From: an uncultured Dehalococcoidia bacterium
GTDB lineage: Bacteria; Chloroflexota; Dehalococcoidia; SZUA-161
DNA: 64,000 bases
Direction of reading: 5' to 3'
Assembly: GCA_964574685.1 (NCBI GenBank)
Contig: CAZNOI010000003.1
Location: forward strand, 53,408 to 117,407
In this document: one piece after another, positions 16,778 to 25,500 of the stretch
How positions within the stretch are numbered: position 1 is the stretch's first letter
Layout: each line of letters opens with the position of its first letter
Notes under the pieces: generated by a model
What the model was told of the DNA's origin: nothing
Database searches by the model: none
The model's input: only the letters and a program-made list of their open reading frames with translations
Position numbers and translations under genes: made by a program

Positions 16778-16991
16778 CCTGTTTCAGGTAGGCCGGCGGG
16801 TCAGCCGTGTTGACGCCTACCGCTGAGATTGCTTGAAGCACAGATGGGTCCTGAAGTAGCCACGGAGAAACTGCTGCTTGGCCACGACAGAGAGTCCTCG
16901 TGCCACGCAGGTATTGCGTGGGTTGCGCCGGCCGAGCGAGTTGGATTTTGGATCATAACGTAGGGGCGTTGCGAGATCAACGGCTTTTCCT

Positions 16992-17207
16992 TCCCTCACT
17001 CCAACTCTCTCCCTGGGGAGAGAGGGCACTGGCGTATCTACCTTCTTCCCGAGGGGAGAGGGCGAGGGCGTGGACGTCCGTGACGTCGTCGTCGGAGCGG
17101 AGTTGTGGATTTAGTCTCCTCACTCTGGGTCTCTCCCCAAGGGGGAGAGAGGGCATGGGTGTGTCTCCCCTCTCCCTGCGAGGGAGAGGGCTAGGGTGAG
17201 GGTGCGC
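16992..17207. repeat. cluster of GC hairpin repeats of the same family as 11150-11353, locus B
   Basis: CTCTCTCCCtgGGGAGAGAG (17005-17024), TCTCTCCCCaaGGGGGAGAGA (17131-17151), CCCTCTCCCTgcgAGGGAGAGGGctAGGGTGAGGGTGCG (17168-17206). The last is near-identical to the 11189-11227 element. Confidence 0.6.
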
Positions 17208-17296
17208 TGGGTTGACGGCCTCAGGGCAACGCCGCTAGTATCCAGATTGGAGACTTGGAACGCCTCAAGCGGGGGTTCGGATTGGCTGAGAGCAGT

Positions 17297-18322
17297 ATGA
17301 AGTCGAGAGTGGCGCTGGTCAAAGGCGGCGACAGGATGCAGAACATAGACTCCGCGCTGCGCCTTGTCGATGGAGACATCCGTCTTGACGGGAAGACGAA
17401 TGTTCTCGTCAAGGTCAACTTTGTCTCAGTCACGAACCAGTTGGCCGCAACTCATGCGGACGCTGTTCGTGCCGTCCTGCGCTACGTCCGCGAAAGATAT
17501 GACGGCAGAATCAGCATCGGAGAGTCGACCATCGTGCCCGCACTTCAGGGTTTCGAGAACTACGGGTACAAAGGACTCGTGGAGGAGTTCGGTGTCGAGC
17601 TCGTGGACCTGAACGAGGGCGACTGGGTCGAAGTCGTCGTCTATGACTCGAATCTCAATCCGATCAGGCTCAAGTACTCGAAGGCCGTTGCGGATAGTGA
17701 CTACCGCATAGTCGTCGGGCCGCCCAAGACCCATGATGTCGTTGTCGTCACGCACTCGATCAAGAACCTGGCCATGGGTGCTCTGTACTACAGGGTCAAG
17801 ACGGGCTCGAGTGGGGCCGTTCGCGGTCTGCTCAGGAGGGCATACCACACCCTGCCGGCATCGGTTAGGCAATCGGGAAGGGTATCCAGGGTGAGAGACA
17901 CGGCTGCCGAGTACGCTGGAGGGGACAAGCGAAGGATGCATCAAGGCTATCCAGTGCACAACGCCAACCTTTGCCTCGTCAACAGGGAGTTCTCTCCCGA
18001 TTTGAGCGTAGTCGATGGCTGGGTCGGCATGGAAGGCGAGGGTCCTGAGGCGGGCGAACCTGTGGACTGGAGAGTGGCCCTGGCCGGGACGGACGCAGTC
18101 GCGGTGGACTGCCTGACTACGGACTTGATGGGGTTCGATCTGGAGGATGTGGGATATCTCTGGTACTGCTGGCAGGCGGGGCTTGGCGCCGGCGCATTGG
18201 ACGAAATGGAAGTCGTCGGGGCCGACCCCGAGAGCTGCCGTCGGTGCTTCCGGCCCGCTGCGAATTTTGAAGCTCAGAGGCAATGGCGAGACGATAAGGT
18301 TGGCAAGCTGATAGGGTTCTAG
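17297..18322 (+). CDS. DUF362-family protein
   Basis: VALVKGGDR...NVLVKVNFVS start and overall similarity to the second DUF362-like ORF at 61401-62717 (VLVKPNNCF). Confidence 0.4.
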   Translation: MKSRVALVKGGDRMQNIDSALRLVDGDIRLDGKTNVLVKVNFVSVTNQLAATHADAVRAVLRYVRERYDGRISIGESTIVPALQGFENYGYKGLVEEFGVELVDLNEGDWVEVVVYDSNLNPIRLKYSKAVADSDYRIVVGPPKTHDVVVVTHSIKNLAMGALYYRVKTGSSGAVRGLLRRAYHTLPASVRQSGRVSRVRDTAAEYAGGDKRRMHQGYPVHNANLCLVNREFSPDLSVVDGWVGMEGEGPEAGEPVDWRVALAGTDAVAVDCLTTDLMGFDLEDVGYLWYCWQAGLGAGALDEMEVVGADPESCRRCFRPAANFEAQRQWRDDKVGKLIGF

Positions 18323-18364
18323 GGGACAGGGCAGTGCCTGAGATGGCGTTCGTCGAGCCTGGAG

Positions 18365-18547
18365 CTACTTTCGGAGAAGTGCCATAACGTCGTCACGCTT
18401 GAACCTGCGATCACGACGCGGGCCCACCCGATGAGCCTTGAGGACTCCCTGTTCGGTCCATCCCCGCAGGGTGTTGGTGTGCACATTGAGAAGGCGACTC
18501 GCCTCCCTGACGGTCAGAAGCTCCTTCGAATGCTCTTCCCTGCCCAT
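18365..18547 (-). CDS. excisionase/MerR-like HTH DNA-binding protein
   Basis: ELLTVREASRLLNVHTNTLRGWTEQGVLKAHRVGPRRDRRFKRDDV matches the excisionase-family HTH pattern. Start taken at MGREEH. Confidence 0.55.
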   Translation of the reverse strand: MGREEHSKELLTVREASRLLNVHTNTLRGWTEQGVLKAHRVGPRRDRRFKRDDVMALLRK

Positions 18548-18845
18548 TCCGATTACCCCCGGATGATTCGTGGGGACACCCTTTCCTGGAATATATCGCA
18601 GGGCAAATCTGTGGGCATCACCCAAAAGGACTGATTTGGAATGGGTCAGAGGTACGGGGTGCGCCTGAGGGGTCCTTTCCCTGCGGGCTGATGCCCGCTG
18701 AGACCATCTTCTCCTACTGGACAGATTGGCGAATTATGTCTAGAATTGTTGCCAAACCGGTAGCCCTTGGAGGACGCCTCGTCTTGACGGGCAGATAAGC
18801 CGGAGAATCCGCAAGGCGCGATTAGAGCGCCCGTCCCTGCGATCA

Positions 18846-19241
18846 ATGCTTGCCAGACTTATAGTCCTGTTTGTCGTCGTGCCGCTCGCTGAACTGGCAC
18901 TCTTGGTCTATCTGGGCACGGTCGTAGGTCCCTGGTATACCATTCTCGTCGTTGTCGCCACGGGGCTGGTCGGGGCCGCTCTTGCGCGGAGCCAGGGACT
19001 GGCTACCCTTGCCAGAATCCGTGGCAACGTGGAGCGTGGCATCCTGCCCCCTGAGGACATACTTGACGGCGCATTGATCCTCCTCGGCGGGCTGCTGCTC
19101 GTGACCCCCGGCCTGATAACCGACGCCCTGGGACTGCTTCTCATGGCGCCTGGCTTCAGAAGGTGGGTCGGAAGCAAGATTCGCGAATCCCTGCGACACA
19201 GGATAGCTTCGGGGGAAGTGCAGTACTGGCGGGTTGGATAG
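18846..19241 (+). CDS. fxsA: FxsA-family inner-membrane protein
   Basis: Two N-terminal TM helices, LLGGLLLVTPGLITDALGLLLMAP and a basic tail, an FxsA-like pattern. Confidence 0.6.
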   Translation: MLARLIVLFVVVPLAELALLVYLGTVVGPWYTILVVVATGLVGAALARSQGLATLARIRGNVERGILPPEDILDGALILLGGLLLVTPGLITDALGLLLMAPGFRRWVGSKIRESLRHRIASGEVQYWRVG

Positions 19242-19315
19242 CCAACGCTGTTGTTGACTGTGCCACCGGAATCGGGGACTACGTGAGCTTCAAGGCTCGC
19301 TGTGAGACCACAGCG

Positions 19316-20371
19316 ATGGGCTCCATGCCACACACCGATGTCGATCGTGCTCTAGCTCTGGCTTTGAGTCTTGACATCCCCTTCTGGCCTCAACTGCCAA
19401 AGCTTGGCTACTCCGAAGACATGTTCGTCCAGTTCTCGCACGACTTCCCCGGCGTGACTGTAGATGGAGAACAGCGGAAGATTCGGTTCAGTCACGAGAG
19501 GTTCTACACCGAGTTCACGGAGTACTCCGAAGCAATCGAACTGCCGGGCTCTCTGGCCCTCACGGAAGACGTATCGGTGACATATCCTCGTTTCCTGAAT
19601 CAGGACCTAAGTGCATACGACGCCATCCGTGGTCAGGTTACGGGGCCCATCAACCTGGGCTTCCAGGTGATGGACGAGGATGGCAGACCGATCATCTACG
19701 ATGACCAGGTCCGCGGCATTCTATTCGACTTCGTCCAGCGCAAGGCGAACCTGCAGTATCGCGAACTCGGCCGTAGAAACGACAACGCCTTTGTCTGGCT
19801 GGATGATCCCGGATTCTGGTGGGTCTTCAGCAGCGTAACCGGCTACAACGATACCCAAGCCGCCGCGGACTACGTCGACTTCCTCGAAGGGCTGGAAGGG
19901 CCGAAAGCGTTGCACATGTGTGTCAACGTCAATTTGCCCTATCTGGTCGACCTCGGTGTGGATATCCTGTCGATCGATGCTTACCAGTTCGAGGCCATGC
20001 CCCGGGAGTATGCGCGATCGCTGAGCGACTTCATGGCCGGTGGGGGGATAGTATGCTGGGGCATAGTGCCGACTGAGGCTGCGCCTCTGGAATCTGAGTC
20101 GCCCGATAGACTCGTGGAGCGGCTTCTGAGATACTGGGGTGTGCTCTCCGAAGTCAGTGACACATCAATCGAGGACATCGCGTGGAACTCGCTGCTTGCC
20201 CCCGCCAGATGCTGCCTGAGAAGCCCCGGTGAGCGGGGCACGATGGATGGCGCGACCTGTGATGGTGCAGGCCCCGACCTGGAGCCGACCATCGAAGAGG
20301 GGCTGGTCGAGAAGGCCTTCAGTTATCTGGCGGAGGTATCGGGTACGCTCAAGGCAAAGCTCGATATATAG
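19316..20371 (+). CDS. URO-D/MtaA/MetE-like TIM-barrel family protein (function unclear)
   Basis: Weak resemblance only (TGPINLGF, DDPGF...; about 350 aa). Start chosen at MGSMPH. Confidence 0.3.
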   Translation: MGSMPHTDVDRALALALSLDIPFWPQLPKLGYSEDMFVQFSHDFPGVTVDGEQRKIRFSHERFYTEFTEYSEAIELPGSLALTEDVSVTYPRFLNQDLSAYDAIRGQVTGPINLGFQVMDEDGRPIIYDDQVRGILFDFVQRKANLQYRELGRRNDNAFVWLDDPGFWWVFSSVTGYNDTQAAADYVDFLEGLEGPKALHMCVNVNLPYLVDLGVDILSIDAYQFEAMPREYARSLSDFMAGGGIVCWGIVPTEAAPLESESPDRLVERLLRYWGVLSEVSDTSIEDIAWNSLLAPARCCLRSPGERGTMDGATCDGAGPDLEPTIEEGLVEKAFSYLAEVSGTLKAKLDI

Positions 20372-20406
20372 CACAGATTCCTCGGACTCTGTCCCGGGCG
20401 TTCCGG

Positions 20407-20697
20407 CTACTTCTTGCTGTCGCCCACTCTCACGCGGCCCCAGATGGCCACGCATCTGGCGAGAGAGTCCACCCCGTCAGCGCCTGAGTTCGGCTCCTTC
20501 GTGAAGCACAGGTTCATGTAGTTGTTCAGGACCAGCGCTCCAACTCCCTCGACAGCGGAACGGACTGCAGCGAGTTGAGTTATTATGCTCTCGCATTCGC
20601 GCTCGCTTTCGATCATTCGTTGGACGCCTCGGATTTGCCCCTCTATTCGCTTCAGGCGCTTGATCAGGGCGTCGCGTGAAACCGCTTCTTCAGTCAT
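20407..20697 (-). CDS. CsoR/RcnR/FrmR-family (DUF156) metal/persulfide-sensing repressor
   Basis: LIKRLKRIEGQIRGVQRMIESERECESIITQLAAVRSAVEGVGALVL...NLCF is a CsoR-family four-helix pattern. The conserved Cys is present, but no His at the expected position. Confidence 0.7.
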   Translation of the reverse strand: MTEEAVSRDALIKRLKRIEGQIRGVQRMIESERECESIITQLAAVRSAVEGVGALVLNNYMNLCFTKEPNSGADGVDSLARCVAIWGRVRVGDSKK

Positions 20698-20722
20698 GGC
20701 AAGCTCCGCAGGATAATGAAAG

Positions 20723-20741
20723 ATACCCTCCCTCCTGGTAT
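20723..20741. promoter_or_regulatory. candidate CsoR-family operator (ATACC-N9-GGTAT) in own promoter
   Basis: ATACCctccctcctGGTAT lies 26-44 bp upstream of the repressor start codon. A half-site ATACCC recurs at 20906-20911, next to a TTGACA-17-TATCAT promoter (20930-20958) ahead of the rhodanese gene. Confidence 0.35.
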
Positions 20742-21101
20742 TGAAGCCTCGCGACGGGTATCCAGCAAGCAGAAGGGGTATGTAGTATTCTATCACATGT
20801 CGTGATGCGTGTGCTAGGGGGTATTGCCGGCATTGCAGGGCATACCTGTTCCGGGCCACCGGGTACGTGTTGTGCGGCGCTTCTGGTTAACAAAGTCACA
20901 GATAAGATACCCTTTGATAGTTCAGGAGGTTGACACTGCGTGTGAGTTGTAATATCATGGCACGCGGTCTGGCGCGACCGGCCCGTTCCAGCGTTGTGTC
21001 AGGCAAGGGGGGTAAGGTATCAATTACTCAACCGTCGGGACCGCTGTGTGTTGCGGGAGGCGACGTTCACATAGACTACATTCAAGACAGGAGGTAAACG
21101 G

Positions 21102-22184
21102 ATGAGAGGGAGCAGGTTGGCCCAGATTGCATTTTTGCTGTGCATTGCGCTCCTCCTGGCACTGATGCCTCTGTTGGCTGGATGCGATGGTGAGGAAGCA
21201 ACGCCGACACCTACGCCTCAGCCGACGGCGGAGCCGACGCCCGAACCTACCGCGGAGCCTACGGTTGAACCCACTCCTGAGATGACGCAGTTCGAGATGA
21301 TACAGGGTGCGGTCGCCCAATACTTGCAGGACCCCGCTTCAAACATCAGCGCGGATGAGCTCTTCACGCTGATCACTGATGAGGATGAAGACAACGATCC
21401 CTACATCATCAGTTGCAGGAGTGCTGATCACTACGCCGCCGGTCACATCGAGGGGGCGGTGAATCAGAGCTTCGACGAGACGTTCAGTTCGGAGAACCTG
21501 ATCGCATTGAATGAGGCCGGCAAGCCGATAGTGGTCTACTGCTACACGGGCCAGACCGGCTCCTGGACCGCCGCCATGCTGGGTGTACTCGGCTTTGACG
21601 TACAGAATCTCCTTCATGGCATGAGTTCGTGGTCGGACGATCCCGATGTCTACGGTAGCCGCTTCGACCCCGACACTCACCAGAACGACTTCATGACGGA
21701 GACGGAGCCGAACGAGCTGACCGGGACATACGATCCCCCGTCGCCCGACTATTCGCCCATGATGCCCACCGTAGACGCCACTCTGTTTGCGGCGATCAAC
21801 GCGAATTCCTACAGTGGCAATATCGTGGACGCAAGCAGTGTCTTCGATCTCATCACCGATGCCGACGAAGACAACGATCCGTTCATCATCAGTTGCCGGG
21901 GTGCAGAGGATTACGCGGCCGGACACGTACCCGGTGCTGTGAACATCCCGCTCGGGTCTCTGGTCGATAACCTCCAGTATATACCTCCAGAGCAGGACAT
22001 CATCGTCTACTGCTACACCGGTCATTCGGCGGCTCAGGCCACAGCCCTGCTCAGGATGTTGGGCTATGACGCCCAGAGCATGAAGTTCGGCATGTGCTCG
22101 TGGAGCAGCGATCCCGCTATCAACGCAGGCAAGTGCTTTGACAGCGCCAATGTGGCAGGATATCCGACAGTAGCTTCTGAGTAG
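21102..22184 (+). CDS. secreted lipoprotein with tandem rhodanese (sulfurtransferase-like) domains
   Basis: Lipobox LLAGC; Pro/Thr/Glu linker; two copies of ...DNDPYIISCRSADHYAAGHIEGAVN... and ...DNDPFIISCRGAEDYAAGHVPGAVN... with active-site-like CYTG. Confidence 0.75.
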   Translation: MRGSRLAQIAFLLCIALLLALMPLLAGCDGEEATPTPTPQPTAEPTPEPTAEPTVEPTPEMTQFEMIQGAVAQYLQDPASNISADELFTLITDEDEDNDPYIISCRSADHYAAGHIEGAVNQSFDETFSSENLIALNEAGKPIVVYCYTGQTGSWTAAMLGVLGFDVQNLLHGMSSWSDDPDVYGSRFDPDTHQNDFMTETEPNELTGTYDPPSPDYSPMMPTVDATLFAAINANSYSGNIVDASSVFDLITDADEDNDPFIISCRGAEDYAAGHVPGAVNIPLGSLVDNLQYIPPEQDIIVYCYTGHSAAQATALLRMLGYDAQSMKFGMCSWSSDPAINAGKCFDSANVAGYPTVASE

Positions 22185-22207
22185 AGGCGCTGTACTGTGG
22201 GTCAATG

Positions 22208-22244
22208 ACGCCCATGCAAGGAGCGACTGCTCCTGCATGGGCGT
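22208..22244 (+). terminator. strong stem-loop downstream of rhodanese gene (terminator-like, weak U tract)
   Basis: ACGCCCATGCAaGGAGCgactGCTCCtGCATGGGCGT is a nested, nearly perfect 16-bp stem. Confidence 0.3.
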
Positions 22245-22417
22245 TCCCTGTCTGGCCGGCAGCGGATTCCGTGGGATACGTGAAGTCAGTTGTAGTGAAT
22301 GCGATATTCGATAGGAAAGGTAAAGTAAAGTAAGGTTGACATAGGCATAGACGCGATTTAGACTCTGCGCGTGAGTACGGTCGTACCATACTCCGTCTTC
22401 GCATAGGGGTAGACCTC

Positions 22418-22460
22418 CTCCCCGTCCCTGTCTCCGAGGGACGGGGAGTTTATTGTATTG
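22418..22460 (+). terminator. GC stem-loop plus U-rich tract immediately upstream of the giant ORF (terminator/attenuator-like)
   Basis: CTCCCCGTCCCTgtctccgaGGGACGGGGAG followed by TTTATTGTATTGG, about 50 nt before ATG 22511. Confidence 0.35.
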
Positions 22461-22510
22461 GACGTATCAATCGAATACCGCCCGTTTGCATGAGGGCAAG
22501 GGAGTCTGTG

Positions 22511-25500
22511 ATGACGCGCAAATCGAGAAGGACGACAAAGGGTAGCAGGATCGTGTTGGCCTGCGTGCTGACATTCGCTCTGCTGGTTGTCGGCCTGCCG
22601 GCGGCGAGCGCGGCGGTGCCCGGCGGACCATCTGAGGGAGATGCCGATCCTGCAGTCGACTCCGGCGGAGCGGAAGTGCTGGTGCTCGACTCTGATGGGT
22701 CCTGGACTGTCCTGGACGTGAAGGTACGTGCCGTTGATGAAGAGGAGACCCCGGCGGGCGGGCAGGTCTTCCAGCGATTGTCTATCGCCGGCCGAGAGAC
22801 TACGCTTGAGGTTGGCAAGCCGCAACTGCCCGCAATCAGGGAGTTGGTGGCAATACCGGATGGGGCGACTGTTACGGCGTCTGTCGTCGATTCATCCTTC
22901 ACAACCACTCGCGACTATCATGTTTTCCCCGTGCAGGAACCCGAGGTTGATGGGCAGCCCACGCCCGGCTTCACCATTGACAGCGAGTTCTATTCGATCG
23001 ACGCCTTCTACCCGAGAGACCTTCTCGAGGTGGATGAGCCCGGCATATGGCGCGACATCACCGTTGCAGGAGTGCAGATCAATCCGGTTCAGTTCAACCC
23101 CGCTACGGGTGAATTGCGGGTCTACGACCGCGTCCGGATCAGGCTGGACTATGCGGGCGGCAGCGTGGCTCCCAAGAAAGTAGCGCCTGCATTCGCGCGC
23201 ATGTATCAGAGCGCCATCCTGAACTACGACTCCCTGGACGTAAACGTGGACTACGGCTCATATGAAGACCAGGTAGGGACGCATGACGCCGCGGCCGCTC
23301 TTCCGGAAGTGGAAGGGTTGGGGCTTGACGGTACCCCCTATGATTCCTCGGTGAAGCTGCTCTCCCTCAGGCACGAGTCCTGCTCCGACTTCAGTACACT
23401 GTTGCCGCTGCTCGAGTGGCACAAGAGCGAAGGACTGCCATACATCTCGGCGGTATACCACTCGACCCCTACGGCAAGCAGCTTGAAGAGCACAATCGCG
23501 AGTTACTACGATGACTACCCCGAACTCGAGTACGTCCTGCTGGTGGGCGACACAGCGTACCTTCCCTGGCAGCAGAGCTGGGGGCCGAACGACACGCCGG
23601 GCGACCACTGGTATGCGTGCATCACGGGCGGCGCGACCCCCGACCTCTATGCGGACGTCGGTCTCGGACGGCTCTCGGTTACCAGTGACGCGCAGCTCCA
23701 GCAGCAGGTTGACAAGATACTCGACTATGCCAAGAGCCCACCGGCCGGAAGCTGGGTGAACCGTGCGATCCTTATGGCACATAAGGAAGCAGCTCCCGGC
23801 AAGTATCAGGGGTGCTGTGAAGACATACGAACCGCCACCTACAGCGATTCGTTCACCTTCTGGACGGACTACGGTGCGGCAGCCGCGCAGGGAGGCGACG
23901 ACGCTACGAACGCCGACGTTACGGCAGACTTGAACTCCGGCGTTGGGATTCTCAACTACAGAGGGCATGGCGGGGACGGCGACCCTTATGGGCCGCCGTA
24001 TGGCGAGTTCTGGGGAACCAACTGGAACACGTCATTCGAGGAATACACAGTCACTGACGCGCACGGCCTCACGAACGGCGACAACGCTCCGGTTGTCTTC
24101 AGCATATCGTGCACCAATGCCTGGCTGGATGCTGCCAATGAGGTGCTTGGCGAAGCGTTCGTGAGGGACAGCGATTCCGCCGTCGCATTCCTGGGGGCTT
24201 CCCGGCCTTCGTACACCACTCCGAATCACGAGTTCGACAAGAACCTGTTTGACGCCATAGGCAACGAGCATATCACCAGGCTGGGCTGGATACTGAACGA
24301 CGCCAACGCCGAGCTGGTGGCTGCGTACGGCTCAGGTTCCTACTATATGGACAACGTCAGGATGTACCTGTGGCTGGGCGACCCGGCTCTTGACCTCTGG
24401 ACGAGCAGCCCGCAGTCCCTGGTGGTCGACCATCCCGCTCAGGTAACAACAAGCATGACGGTAGCCGTGCAGGACGTCATGACCAACCCGGTGCCGAACG
24501 CGCTGGTCTGCCTGCACAAGTACGGCGATATATACGCGTACGCCTATACCAATACCATGGGCGAGGCGAGCTTCAGCTTCAATCCGAGCACCGACGGGAT
24601 GATGGATGTGGTTGTGACGAAGCACAACTACTACCCGTATGAGGGGCAGACAGAGGTCGTACCTCTGGAGAATGCCATAACCAACATCGCGTTCACCCCC
24701 TCCCCACCCGCCTCGCTATGCAACGGCGAGCATGTGGACATCTCGTTCGACTACTCGACCGACGAGGAAGACGGGGTCCGGATACAAATGACACCATTTA
24801 CTGAGGGCTCTCCTACCCCGGGTTACGGATGGAGCGGTTCGACAGTGTACCCGAAGGGCGAAGGAAGCGGTAGCACCTGGTTCACGATCCTCTCGGGTGA
24901 TACCGCCGTAGACCAGGTCAGGTTCCAGATGAAGACAGCCGACTGGAACACTGTGCTGATCGAGTTCTTTGTCCCGGTCGCCTATACATTCGGGCATTCA
25001 GTGCACGACACAACTATGGATCCCATATCGCCCGCCGACCTCATCTTCGGCGAGCACGTCGACATCGGTTTCGACTACTACACGTGTGAGACGGACGGGG
25101 TAGTGATCTTCGTGAAGCCCTATACGGGCGGGCCACCGACGCCCAACTACCTGGCAAGTGGCTCGGACGTGTACCCGAAGGGCAGCGGGACCGGAAGCGG
25201 GTGGTTCACCGTCACCTCGGGCGTCACGACCGTTGACCAGGTCCATGTTGAGATGATGACCGCCGACCAGACGACCACGCTTCTGGACTTCCTCGTGGAT
25301 GTCTCATACCAGTATGCGGGGCACCCGGATATATGGGTAGAGCCGACCGGTATCGAGGTCGAGTTGTACCCGGACTCCTACTCCAGCAGCATACTTGAGA
25401 TCGGAAATACGGGGGAGGGCGCCCTCGAATACAACATCGCGGACGTGGAGACTACCGGAGGGCCGTTCATCGAGTGGGTGGCCGTGACTCCGGACCCCCT

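Noticed and set aside
11150-17207. CRISPR array interpretation of the CCCTCTCCCT…AGGGAGAGGG repeats
   Set aside because: The units are perfect palindromes of varying length with irregular spacing, occur at two loci with only 3-4 copies each, and there are no cas genes. They are better explained as REP/MITE-like hairpins.
19163-19333. Overlap between the listed 19163 start of the URO-D-like ORF and fxsA, plus antisense ORFs 18843-19333
   Set aside because: The overlapping N-terminal extension is low complexity. The start at ATG 19316 removes the conflict. The antisense ORFs are GC artefacts opposite a good FxsA membrane protein.
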